DNA from: Ophelia neglecta | Taxonomy: Eukaryota | Length of the DNA stretch: 64,000 nucleotides | Assembly (NCBI GenBank): GCA_965285935.1 | Contig: OZ260666.1 | Location: forward strand, 42,408,001-42,472,000 | Reading direction: 5' to 3' | Part shown: in pieces, positions 25,940 to 37,375 of the stretch | Layout: every line of letters starts with the position of its first letter | Position numbering within the stretch: position 1 is the first letter of the stretch | The notes under the pieces: generated by a model | Seen by the model: the letters and a program-made list of their open reading frames with translations, nothing else | Database searches by the model: none | Told to the model about the DNA's origin: nothing | Made by a program: the position numbers and the translations under genes

Positions 25940-26177
25940 GTAAGTTGTCCTTTAATTGCAAAGAGCTTATTTGGCAAATAAAATTCGGAAGGCTTAGTCA
26001 CATTTTACAATTGTAAGTTTCTTATTTACAGAAATGCATACGAAGAATAATATATATATACTATATTTACAAGCAAGTGTGTTACTGATGCCGAATAACT
26101 TATTTTTGCTCAAATAGGCGACCACCCCTTTATATTAATTGTTTTACATCTGTGTCTCTACGTTACGTTTCCTTCAG

Positions 26178-26422
26178 CAATATCAGAGGCGTCAAGCACC
26201 ACATCCGATGAACCGACCGTCGCTGTGACCGCCGGCATCACTAACGGTGAAACAGACACATCAAACCCCAATGCAGGCGGCAACACCGATGGTGGGACAG
26301 ACACAACAAACCCCAATCAAACGGATGGCGCCTCCCCCGACACTCCGGACAACGGTTCCATGCCGTTGCAGGGAATGTTCCTGGTGTCCCTGGTAATGGC
26401 ACTACTTGGTCAACTGCTCTAA
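26178..26422 (+). CDS. Gene 3 terminal exon: Thr/Asp/Asn-rich ectodomain and GPI-like signal (97-aa precursor)
   Basis: Acceptor TTTCCTTCAG|CA gives AISEASSTT...; the exon ends DNGSMPLQGMFLVSLVMALLGQLL*. Confidence 0.9.
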
Positions 26423-26452
26423 ACCCATCACCATCCAGCGACAGGAAACGAA

Positions 26453-26530
26453 GCCCTGATGTCGTGACGTCACTCCTTGATACTTATGACAAAATTATTA
26501 AGTGGGACTGCGTCAGGATGATATGACGGT
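26453..26530 (+). promoter_or_regulatory. Conserved 3'UTR stem element (gene 3 copy)
   Basis: GCCCTGATGTCGTGAC ... GTCAGGATGATATGACGGT; homologous copies in genes 5, 6 and 7. Confidence 0.6.
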
Positions 26531-27203
26531 GTCGCATTCTGTTAGATGTATAATGGTGAAATGGCGATCTAACATATTTGACATGAAAACAATATTCTTA
26601 AGTTTTTGTAGGATTTTCCACCAGTTCCGTGTGATTGAGACAAGTCTAGTTTCCAATCTCATACCAGTGGACCTAATATTTGACATTAGCACTCATCGTG
26701 TGTTTAAGGGTGCACTACTCCATGCAGTAGTAGTGACGGGCGTTCGAACATGGTTTACATAAAATTATGTTAATGTGACATAAACACGTGTAGAATGACA
26801 CTTAGGCGCGCGAGTTCGTAAATTCTGGTATCATTTAACCATAAATGACCCAAATTACATTTATTAAACTATATATGATTTAAAAGCGAACAAGGGTAAT
26901 AATTATGACCCAACAACTTACAATATTTATACTCATTTTATAAGGAAAATCCATAACTGCATAAATTCAATTTGATATCTACTGATTATACTTTCTGTTT
27001 GTTTTATACACGGTTACTTTTTACCCGAACCTGAGAACTCTTCATTTATTGATATAGGACAAGCAAAATTTGTTCATGTGTCTTTAAATGTTTAAAAACA
27101 TATTTACTTTTCAAAGCATAACACGTGAGTTAAATTGTCATAAAAAGTGTTTTTAGCTTGAGTAATTTTTCCCCATTGTGAAAAACCAACTGGATGAGAT
27201 GAC

Positions 27204-27227
27204 TGTAGCTTCCTACATGAAAATAAA
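27204..27227 (+). terminator. Gene 3 poly(A) signal with upstream hairpin
   Basis: TGTAG-CTTC-CTACA followed by AATAAA at 27222; the context is conserved in genes 5, 6 and 7. Confidence 0.7.
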
Positions 27228-28296
27228 CATTCGAGTTGTAAAGATGCCACTTATGTTTAATGTGTAATTGAAGGTACTTGTAGTATTTATGCTATAAAAA
27301 CATAAGATAAAAAAAACTTTGAATTTGTATCATATTCAGGTATTTATTGCTACAAATATTGCTCACTAGGAAGGAGGAGCAGCAATGCATATATTACTCT
27401 CAGGCCTTCTACTGTTATACTACTAACTTATATTTTTGGACATACTTTAAATATTCCATACAATACACAGACCATATAATTTTTGTTCTTTTGTGAACGG
27501 ATGATACGTACTACACTAGCTGCACTTCAAAATATCAAATTAAAGACCCGGGCTCTGAATCTAAACTACTTATTTAAGCTGCTTGTTCTGGGGGGCTCTT
27601 TGCCTTTACATTTTAATCAATTTTCCAAATGTTTTTAGTTAACAAATAAACAAAGCAAATGAAAGTGTACATAGTTACCACATTAACACTTTTATATGTT
27701 AAGACGTCATTTACTAATTTAGTCTCGTGCTTGATGGCGCGCCAAGTATGTTCGTATGGTCTTAAATGTTATATAAAAGTATATATGATTACGTTTAGAA
27801 ATCGTTGCAGCGGAAGTTAATTATTCAGCTGTTACTACAATGGAAACTGTTTTTATCGTTTTAACACGTTATATGTTGTGCTAATTTGTAAACCGGTCGG
27901 ACGAGATGAATGAAGTTTCCTGAGTGAAAATAAAACTGTCATGTTAAAAATATGTTATTTGAACTTAATGGGTAATTTGATGAATGATTGTTAGTGCCAT
28001 CAAAGATGGGCTAAAATCAAATTTGATTTAATCTTATTTGGATAGTTTTTAAAAGAAAATTTGTGCTCAACAGTGCCGATCAAGCCGCATCGCCCTCTAG
28101 TGGTCATTAAACTTAAAATAATACACTACTATAGAATCTAAACTAATTTGGACCATACACAGTCCACAAATGCAAATATGTTTGCCTTATTCTGAATAGA
28201 TGAGCTGACGTTAGGTCGAAGTATGAAATTACAGGGAATTCGCTCGTCACTGATGATCTGCCTGATAACTATCTCGCTGTACAAATGCAAGAAACA

Positions 28297-28617
28297 TAGC
28301 GCTAGCCAATCAGAGCCGGGCTAAATGCTAAATTGCAAGGAGTAGGAAAACGGGCAGTATTATTATTATTATTATTAATAAATGTGAGAACCTATATACC
28401 TACACAGAGTTGAAAAAGCTTTTTTTGATACACATAACTGTGGTATATTCCTGATGAAGCACTTTAGTATTAAATGCCATTATAAACAGATAAAAGGCCT
28501 CGCTAAGAACGGGAAATTGCGAGTATCTTGCGAGCGTGTTTAAAAGCGATGGTAAAGGGAAAGGCCTCATTAAAAATTTGTTCGAGTTTTCAACGCTCCT
28601 GTTTTCTGTTTCATACA
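28297..28617 (+). repeat. ~300-bp segment with an inverted copy at 53778-54073
   Basis: For example ACCTACACAGAGTTGAAAA, ATATTCCTGATGAAGCAC and CGCTCCTGTTTTCTGTTTCATAC are reverse-complemented there. Confidence 0.85.
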
Positions 28618-30272
28618 TTTGAAAATTTATGTATTAAGCATGGTCGCTTCCACGATGGGAGAGTAACCGGAAAAATCACTGAGAGATTACCCTAATACCT
28701 TCAGCACACTAAATCAGGAAGCGATTAATATGTCTTGAAACTAGTCGAGCAGAGCCCGATTGTTTTTCCACACCCGCTACAAAATGCATACCAAAGAGAG
28801 AAATCTGCCTTCCGGACTCGAGTACTGCCTTTGGCTCTGCATGGCAACCTGGTCTGTAGGCCTATTTAAATATATACAAACTGTAAACTAGAGGAACATA
28901 TTATAATCTCTTTTTGGCATCTTACAGCGGCTGATCACTCCTCACTCTCTTTTCCCATATTGATATGGGAATTGCCGATTGAAGAATTTCGAAGAAGGCC
29001 TGCTCATTTTCAATGGGGCAAAATCTTCACCTGAGCTGCAAGAATGCCATAGGTGGAACTTCTCACAAAAAAGCTCATTGTAAAGCTGTCTGTGGTTGTG
29101 GGTGGCCATTGTAATAACCATTGCTTTCAAACCCAGATTGTTATTGATATACTTCGCAGAATTCGTTGCGTTGAAGCGGGATTTTAGGGCCTTTGAATGA
29201 TGCACAAACATAATCTAATGCACGAAATAGCCTATGGTGAGAAGGCTCTAGACTTTCCACGGATTGTTCAATTATAGCTGATACAATTTACGGTAGATTA
29301 ATGCGATCGATACCCCTTCTTTCCCCATATTAAAGGGAACACATTCGGTCGTAACCAATAGCACCCCACGCAAATATGAAACTTGTTTATTATTCCAATT
29401 CGATGCCACAGGTTAACTATATAGAGCATGCAATTGGTTAACTCAATTGTTTCATGGTTATGGACACAGTTTCACCACCCAAGAAGAAAACTAGAAAAGA
29501 AAAGGCTTTGGGCTGGTTGAGAGACAGATTGAATTGTTTGAAAATGTATAATAATATGTGTATATATCATGGATAGTGTTTTTCTGCCAGTCTAAGAAAT
29601 TAATTTTATATCAACTTGTAAAATGGTTTTCAGTATACAACTCTCCCGGCATGTTCGTATAAAACTTAGTACCAACTGCACTTTGTTTACCCAGCTGTAC
29701 GGCCTATAGCCTTCACCAGACACACACAAATACTTCAAAATTGCAATACTGGCGCTCCCTTTGGTTTTCCGTCCATTACCAGGATTTCTCACGGACAATG
29801 TCTATACGGGTCCACTACGAAAAACAGAAAACCCTCTACTAGGGACTGCATTGAATTTACCTTTCCATTGTAGTTAAGCAATTGATGTTTCATGCTTAAT
29901 TCTACCCCAGAAATACACACAAAAATAGTGGTTTGTCGTTGAGACAGTCTCGTCTGCCAAGCCCTAAAGAAGGTATACTACCCCTACCCCATCAGATCTC
30001 CAAGGTAGAGAGACTGTCCAATGCATGTCATTGAAAAACTTATTTCATTTTTGCCTCAGTACTTTTTCTCAGTCTGGGGTTATTATAGGTTCTAGTTTTC
30101 CATTTACTTGTGTCCAAACCTAAGACGAATAACTAATAAATATTCCTTGTCAAACTAACGTGTCATTTGTTATTTTAGGGTATGCTATCCACTTAATATT
30201 AAGGTGTGGAAGTTTTATAATCCGTTGCCAGTAAACATTGTGACGGTTACTAATCAAATGCTAGAGTACTCT

Positions 30273-30357
30273 TATATAAGGTGCCGGCCCCAGCTCTCTC
30301 GCACTCTGCATAGCAATCAGACGAGAATCATATTCACTGTAAGTGAGCAGTAACAAG
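30273..30357 (+). promoter_or_regulatory. TATA box and non-coding exon 1 of gene 4
   Basis: TATATAA at 30273 is followed by CCGGCCC as in gene 6. Donor AAG|GTAAGAAATA at 30358, with an alternative donor at 30339. Confidence 0.7.
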
Positions 30358-31410
30358 GTAAGAAATATACTTTTTTAAAGTTATCCTTTTGTTTCCGAAA
30401 AAACATGATACAGGCGATGTTTATGATTAAAGAAAAATCATACAAACCCGAAAATGATTATGAGTAACGTATAATATCAATATAACAAATATTGGGCCAT
30501 GTATTTTTATTGTTAAATAACATTTCTGCCGTTCACTAGTTCCCAATAGCTGAACGAGTTGTGTTATGTGTATTTATGGCAGAAATATACCAAGAGTTGG
30601 TCACATACGTATTTGTTAATAATATTTGTAAATTATAGAATAAGATTATCGACAAAATGATTTTAATTGCACGCTCCCCATTAGAGTAAGCATGAAATTC
30701 TTCAGAGCCATGGTAGATCTCTTTTTGTACAGAGAAACGGTATCTACTGTGAGAGTCTTTCCTGTAGTCATTTAGCATGAACTTTGAGTTCACTAAAAGT
30801 GAAAACTTGTTGCCATGAGCTATACAAATACACGCTGCATGGTAATAAGTTAAAGGTTACAATGCCGGAACCATAACTGCGTTGTATAAAAGCCTGCTTT
30901 GACAGATTATTACACTTCATACGATTTCTTCATATATGGCTGTTTTGTTGAAATTTTCCAGATATCGGTAGGCCTACCAATAATAGTAAAAAAATTGTGA
31001 TTTAAATGTTTGTTTTGTAAAATGATGTCACTTATTGCCCACCGTTAGCCCCCCCCCCCCTCTCTCCCGATCCAACCCTGGTGATAAATGATCAACGTCC
31101 CCAAAGGGGGTGGTTGTGAGGTAAAAAGTGCCTAACAGAGACTGACCTAATGCCGACTAAGGGGAATACCGCTCTCTCGGGCCTGCTCGAGCTATAACAC
31201 CCAGCGAAGATCAACCAAGTAACTCAGAGCGTATAAAATCCATCGATTTAATATATGATCTTAAAGCAAAAGGTCACCAAAGGTAAATCCATCTCATTAA
31301 TATATGATCTAAAAGCAAAAGGTCACACATTAGCCTTAAACAAAGGGTATCTTGATATTAATGTTTTATCATTTGGCTTCATTGCTTTTGATTATGTTAC
31401 AGATCCAACA

Positions 31411-31459
31411 ATGTCTACGAAGTTCATTCTGACGTGGGTTCTGCTGTTTACAAAAATCG
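31411..31459 (+). CDS. Gene 4 signal-peptide exon (MSTKFILTWVLLFTKI + G)
   Basis: Acceptor TGTTACAG (31402), ATG at 31411, donor G|GTGAGA at 31460; 16 codons + G as in the paralogs. Confidence 0.82.
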
Positions 31460-32674
31460 GTGAGATTTCCTCTATTGCAAATGAAACTTATTTACATAGA
31501 TAACACCTCAAGGAATTCGATTTAATTTTCTGAGTTGCAATTTTTCTCGTCAACGGAGGTGCAACTGAGAATATTTTGTTAATGAAATTAAGTAATACCA
31601 TATGTTTCCAATGTTAACCATAACTGTTCCAAATAAAGCATATTTATCACTAGGGCATAGGGTTATTACAATCAATTCTGACTCATAGTTCAACAAATGA
31701 TAAATGATTTTAAAATAAGCATGCTATGTACTAATGTGTACAAAAGACATATACAACCCAAACACAAATTTATAAGATGTACTCATATTAAGAAACAAAA
31801 CAATCAATAAACGTGAATAGAGAAAATCGAGAACTGGACAATTTTTCGAGAAAAACAAACATATCCGCATTAAATACAAAGAATTGGCTTTATCCCAGCC
31901 TGACTGTCTCTGAGATTTGTAAAAAAAATCATTGGTACCTAAACCCGATTATGTTTACTAGCTCTTCCTATAGTGTGACATAAAAAGTTATAAAATGTAA
32001 CATTAGGTAAGATGGAATTGGTTGTGTGATGTTCGATTAAACGTGTGTCCACTGGACGGTCCACCAACTCCCCTAGGCCTATTGTTTTTTGCGAAGCTGA
32101 AGCTTTAATCGGCCAAACTTCCAAGACGAACATTCGGACATGACCAGTGATGACTGGACCAGTGCAGATGCAGCAGCCGAAACAATAATTTGCTACCTGT
32201 TCCGGTGGCGCTAACGCTCTTCGCAGAACTCTGACTACAGTGCTGCCTCGTTGCGGAGCTCTAGCACAAATAGCCATAGGACATATGAATTGCTTTCATT
32301 CAAAATATGACATAAATAACTCTGGGCCTATTTCCTTTGCTTCAATAAGGTTGACACTAATGTAAAAGCTTTATTTATCAAATATGTAATATCACAAGAA
32401 AAAGGAAAAAAATGCTATGTCAGTTATATAGTAAAACGCTTTTCACTCCCGGCTAACGTATATAGAAATCCGAGAAAATATCTGATCAAACAAAGTTTGG
32501 AACTGAAACTAGCCAACCACTTTATACCTAGCTGGAATTAGTCTTGCAGTTTGTATTCCGAAACCAATTTGATCTTTCTCAATAATATTTATTGCGTTTT
32601 ATACATTAATGTTCTATCATTGGTATATAGACAATTGTTGGTCATATGTTTAAATGACATCCTGTTTCTTTCAG

Positions 32675-33102
32675 CGAAACATGACACCGTCTCTACTACC
32701 AACACTCCAGCCCCTAATGGAACTATCTCGCACACTACAGCACCTACCATAACTACCACGCAAATTACAGCATCTACTGAAACTACCAGGAACACTACAG
32801 CACCTACCATAACTACCACGCAAATTACAGCATCTACTGAAACTACCAGGAACACTACAGCACCTACCATAACTACCACGCAAATTACAGCATCTACTGA
32901 AACTACCAGGAACACTACAGCACCTACCATACACACCCCATGGCCACCAACTGTGCATTTAACCGGTGAGATAACGGGCGCTCCCTCTGCCACCGGCGTC
33001 TCAGAACCCGAACCCACTGTGCTAGAAAATGCTTCCACGCAACTGAAGGGAATTTTCGTGATGCTACTGATAACGGTACTATTCAGTCGGTTGCTTTTTT
33101 GA
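32675..33102 (+). CDS. Gene 4 terminal exon: Thr-rich tandem-repeat mucin ectodomain and GPI-like signal (158-aa precursor)
   Basis: Acceptor TTTCTTTCAG|CG is in frame with ORF 32551..33102. It has 20-aa repeats and ends ENASTQLKGIFVMLLITVLFSRLLF*. Confidence 0.87.
32732..32931 (+). repeat. Coding VNTR, 60-bp unit x ~3.3 (TTAPTITTTQITASTETTRN)
   Basis: Sequence lines 32761, 32821 and 32881 repeat exactly. Confidence 0.97.
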
Positions 33103-33925
33103 ACGTTAAGACCGGATGCCGAGACGTTACGTCTAGATGACAAAAAAATGATTGGAAAAAATTGGAACTAAAAACCCAGTTGCAGCAGATGAATGTCTAT
33201 GCAGGCTTGTCTTGGTTAGAGCCTAGCTATGGTGCCGAGCCGCGCCCGGTATTATTTTATAATCAAGTATACTCGCCTTCATGATGAGTTAATTACGTTT
33301 GCTGGGTAACTATTAAGTATAACTGTTAGTATGATGAAGGTAGAGACTTGGATCGAACGTAGCTATACTAAGTATTTACAAACACATTATGTTATTGATA
33401 TCTAGATTTTTTATCACGGAAACAAGTTCTGAACGGTGGCTTATCATTGCCTACACCAGAGGTGGCTGTATTTTGTGTTTTATGTGCTGAAAAGGAGAGT
33501 ATATGAAACAAAGCATGACGATATGCCTAAATCTTGAAGTTTAAAGAATCTTTATAGTTCTCGGCAAAGGATTTTGAATGAACATTGAATGTATAGTTTT
33601 GCTTTTTAATAAAGCGAAATTGCAGTTTATATATTTTTTTTGTGTGAAAAATAAATACTTAATAATTAATGTAGACTTTATGATCCTACTCAAGACAAGG
33701 ATTTGGCTACTTTGGGCAATCAGCCACTTCCTGTTTAACATGGTAGGCATGGTACAATTCAGAGATGAATAATGTCTGTGCCGTGATTGGTCGGGAGCCG
33801 GCAGTATTTTTCTAAACAGAATAAGCACATGGCACATGGCCACGATGGTCTGTTCAGCAGCACCAGCACAGTCTGCACTGAGGAGAGAGCTACAGACAAG
33901 GAGTTTTGGAAGACAAGAAACAATC

Positions 33926-34140
33926 ATGGGCCATTTAAAGACACGCGATTGGATAGTAAATGCACTAAACGAGGGACACAATATTATTTTACATGGCCAG
34001 GCAAGGACTGGAAAACCACTTCATTATTCAAAATAGTAAAATAGGTCACATGCACGTAAATAGTAGATGAAGTTGCGACCACTAGAATGTTTGGTCTAAA
34101 CCTCGCGATGGAATCTACAGTTCTTTGCCATTTCTTTTGG
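33926..34140 (+). pseudogene. Decayed PIF1-family helicase fragment (N-terminal motifs I and Ia)
   Basis: ALNEGHNIILHGQARTGK resembles PIF1 GxNxFxTGxAGTGKS. After a frameshift/stop, VATTRMFGLNL..ST resembles ATTGIAAxNIxGxT. Confidence 0.6.
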
Positions 34141-34927
34141 TAGTAACGTTAATATTATTTTGTTTTCTTTCCTATTGTATTGGGGTTGTGGCGGGCTGGG
34201 ATAAAAAAAATCTCTCCGACGAGCCGCGGGCCGGGCCGGGCCGAGCACATTAGGTCAAGTCTCTCCTCGCAATGAAAGGCCATCACCGCGAATTATTATT
34301 TTGTAACACGTACACAATTTATATTTTTTTGAAATACTTATATAATTTTTAGGCATAAAAGTGATTAACACATTATCGGCAGATTTGCCTAATAAGGGGA
34401 ACTTTCTCTCCACTTCGCATGTCTGCGTAAACATGAATATCGTTTCTTTCCAAAAAGACTTCGCAAAGTTTAAAAAAGGTTTTTTTTTAGCCTGATTCCA
34501 ACAGGCAATGGGTGGCCAGAAGGTGTTCATGGTCGTTTATATGTTTTTTCTCTCGTCGAATCACAAGGCCAACAGTAATTATGAAACATTTTCCTTCCTT
34601 ACCTGAAAAGAGTTTATTTAGGAATGAAGGAAAGGGGTTTCTTCATAATTGACACTTTCTTATATACATATATACACCATATTTAAAGTTTGGTTCAGGT
34701 TATTTTCCCCAGTTTAGGAGATATTCAAGTGCGCGTGCACTAACATATTCCATTCAGAATTTTGCCAAATTCTAATATTTGGAAGCAGTTAACTTTATTT
34801 CTGTTCAATTACGCATCAAAGTACCTTTTGTCTGATATGAGTAATATATTATGACCAACATATTATTTTTGATGTGTGCCCTTGAAATAAATAAAAAAAA
34901 GTATTAAATAATCATTCTTGACGGATG

Positions 34928-34950
34928 TTTATTTCATGTAACGAACTACA
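34928..34950 (-). terminator. Gene 5 poly(A) signal with upstream hairpin
   Basis: Minus strand reads TGTAG-TTCG-TTACA TGA AATAAA. Confidence 0.7.
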
Positions 34951-35207
34951 GTCATCTCATCCCATTACAGCATAAAATACAGCTCAATATATAATGAAAC
35001 ATTTAATAAAGGCAGTTATAGCAACTAGATAAGCTGTTATGGTTATGAAAATGTTTACAAATAAAGGTCAGGATCATATTAGCAAATATGGTTTGGTTTG
35101 CAGAAAAGAATTATCAATATAATGTTGTAGTTTTGAAATTCTGCTTCATTTGTAATTATTAGAGTCAATATATTTAAGTATATCAACACAATCCAGAAGA
35201 TGACGAT

Positions 35208-35284
35208 ACCGTCATATCGCCGTGACACAAGGTCAAAACCTTTCAGGCTTTCAGCCATTCGGTAGTGACGTCACGACATCCGGT
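35208..35284 (-). promoter_or_regulatory. Conserved 3'UTR stem element (gene 5 copy)
   Basis: Minus strand reads ACCGGATGTCGTGAC ... GTCACGGCGATATGACGGT. Confidence 0.65.
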
Positions 35285-35312
35285 CTTCACATCTTTTAAC
35301 TATATGGGTCTG

Positions 35313-35608
35313 TTAGTGTGATCTTTGGACCAGTCGAGAGAGCGGAGACAGAACCAGGGACACCACCAGCACGTGCTGACAATGAATGGTATAGCAGCCA
35401 TTATCCAAACTAGGAGTGCTGGTTTCAGGTGTGTCCGCCGTCGCGGGAACCGTTGCGGTTCCTGTTTGGGTTCCCCCCGGGCTGGTCCCTGTGTTTGTAT
35501 TCTCAATAGGCACTGTGGTGGATCCCGTGTTTGTACCGTTGAATGTCGTAGGTTCCCTAGTCGAATCGTCTGGAGCCATGCTCGCCGTAGTTGATGCCTC
35601 AGTCAGCG
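35313..35608 (-). CDS. Gene 5 terminal exon: Thr-rich ectodomain and altered GPI-like signal (114-aa precursor)
   Basis: Acceptor GTTTTCAG|CG gives ALTEASTT..., in frame with ORF 35313..35666. It ends DNGCYTIHCQHVLVVSLVLSPLSRLVQRSH*. Confidence 0.85.
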
Positions 35609-36230
35609 CTGAAAACACAATGTTATTTGAATATATACATAATAGAAATATTATGTCTATGATCATGCTTTATGGCTTATAATCTTTACTTGACACGCGT
35701 GCCAAGGTTGAATTTTGTCGAATGGAATAGGGTCTTAGTTTTATTGATAAAGTTTTAGGCATAGATCATAGGCCTACGTGTATTTTAAAACGAAGAATAG
35801 AACCAAATACTTATTTATTACCAAATTTACATATTACACCTACATATAATAATATATATATATTAATCTGGACAAAATATTTAAATTTGAGAGTATGGGT
35901 TTAAGTGTTGGTAAGGGGAAGAATCTGACGAAGAAAAGGCAATATTTCTTAAGTAGTACCCCATTGGCAATAACAGAAAAAAAATGGGCACCTTATGAAT
36001 ATGATCAAAAAAGAAAAAAGACACTTCATACAAATAAAGCAGAATTGTCTAAAATAATAATAATAATTAACAATTTAGTTTTACATATCACCAACATAAA
36101 ACAGCAAACTAGTTTAAAATGTATTAAAACGTGGCATCATCATAAGAAAACAAATTGAATGATACAAAGACAATAATAAAATCAATTACAAAAGATGCAA
36201 TATGCCTTCGCACAAAGTGATAATAATAAC

Positions 36231-37040
36231 AACTGAACTGAACTTTTATTCAACCAAATTAATAATAACATGCAAAAAAACCTATATATTCAAACCATAA
36301 TGCTACACAAAGACAATTATTAACAAAATAAGTATTTACAATCGATAGATTAGTTTGGTTGGGAGACCCCCACTAAGTCCCAATGGACGCTACCATGAGG
36401 GCCACCCAGAAAAATTAAATAAATAGAGCTGATACTGTATTATGGAGTAGACTAGAAATCGGATATAATACAACTAATGTACAATAGCGAGTATACTAAT
36501 AAAAGAGGAACATTAATTTAATACAAGAATGCACTTAATACAATACGAATTTAAAATTTGACAATTTAATTTAATATATCATAAATTGTTAACAAGGAGA
36601 TATCAGATCAGGGGCAAATACAAGAAGTACAGTTAGTATAGCATGAAGGAAACACAGTGTGTAGTAATATTAAGACATTCTATGATTACCAGTTAATCAT
36701 GGAGGCTGCGCAGCCCTAAGGCATACATAACAGTTTTCAATTTCTCATGTAATAGAATAGGTATCAATAATAAAGATTTGAAATAAGCACAAAAACTAGG
36801 AAAAACAAGAACGTTAGCCATTTGCTTAATGTGATCTGGGATTTCATTCATCTCAGAGACGAGTTGATACCTAAGACATTTCATTGCAAAGTTATGCCTC
36901 ACAAAGGTTTGATAGAATCGAGATCTATTTCTGGTGTCATGTTCATGCAACTCGGAGGCTATGCGTAAATTAGAGTCACTGAAATATGTTGGAATGCTAT
37001 TGTGTATGTAAACAAGTAAATAACAAGTAACATTAATAGG
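36231..37040 (-). mobile_element. 3' fragment of a CR1/L2-group LINE inside gene 5 intron 2
   Basis: HEHDTRN...HNFAMKCLRY..V...N.IP..IK is typical of LINE ORF2 C-termini. The 3' end has AATAAAA and a (GTTCA)n tail at ~36231-36250. Confidence 0.65.
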
Positions 37041-37326
37041 ATAATAGCGAAAATAACGCAAGAGTCGAAATATAATACAAATTTAAAAATGTATTAATGT
37101 ATATATTATTTATTATATTTCCAACGCGTGCAGTGCCGGACACGACTAATGAGTAGAAAATACTTCTAAGGGACTTTTCTGGTGTTTGGCCATTTGACTT
37201 GCTTCATTTTATGACGTTCAACCTTGACCCACATGCACAGAACAAGACCGTGGTGTTGAATAAAAAATGTACAGTTTTCTCTTAATTCTATAGGGTTTTC
37301 ATCATTTAAAATACATTATAACTTAC

Positions 37327-37375
37327 CAATGCCTACAATCAGCATTACACTCGCTGCAACCAAGTTCTTGACCAT
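37327..37375 (-). CDS. Gene 5 signal-peptide exon (MVKNLVAASVMLIVGI + G)
   Basis: Acceptor TTGATTACAG ending at 37384, ATG at 37375, donor G|GTAAGT at 37326. Confidence 0.87.

Noticed and set aside
32589-33143. Antisense Val-rich and Cys-rich ORFs over gene 4 (similar ones lie over genes 5, 6 and 7)
   Set aside because: Reverse-strand shadows of Thr-rich codons; no independent gene structure.
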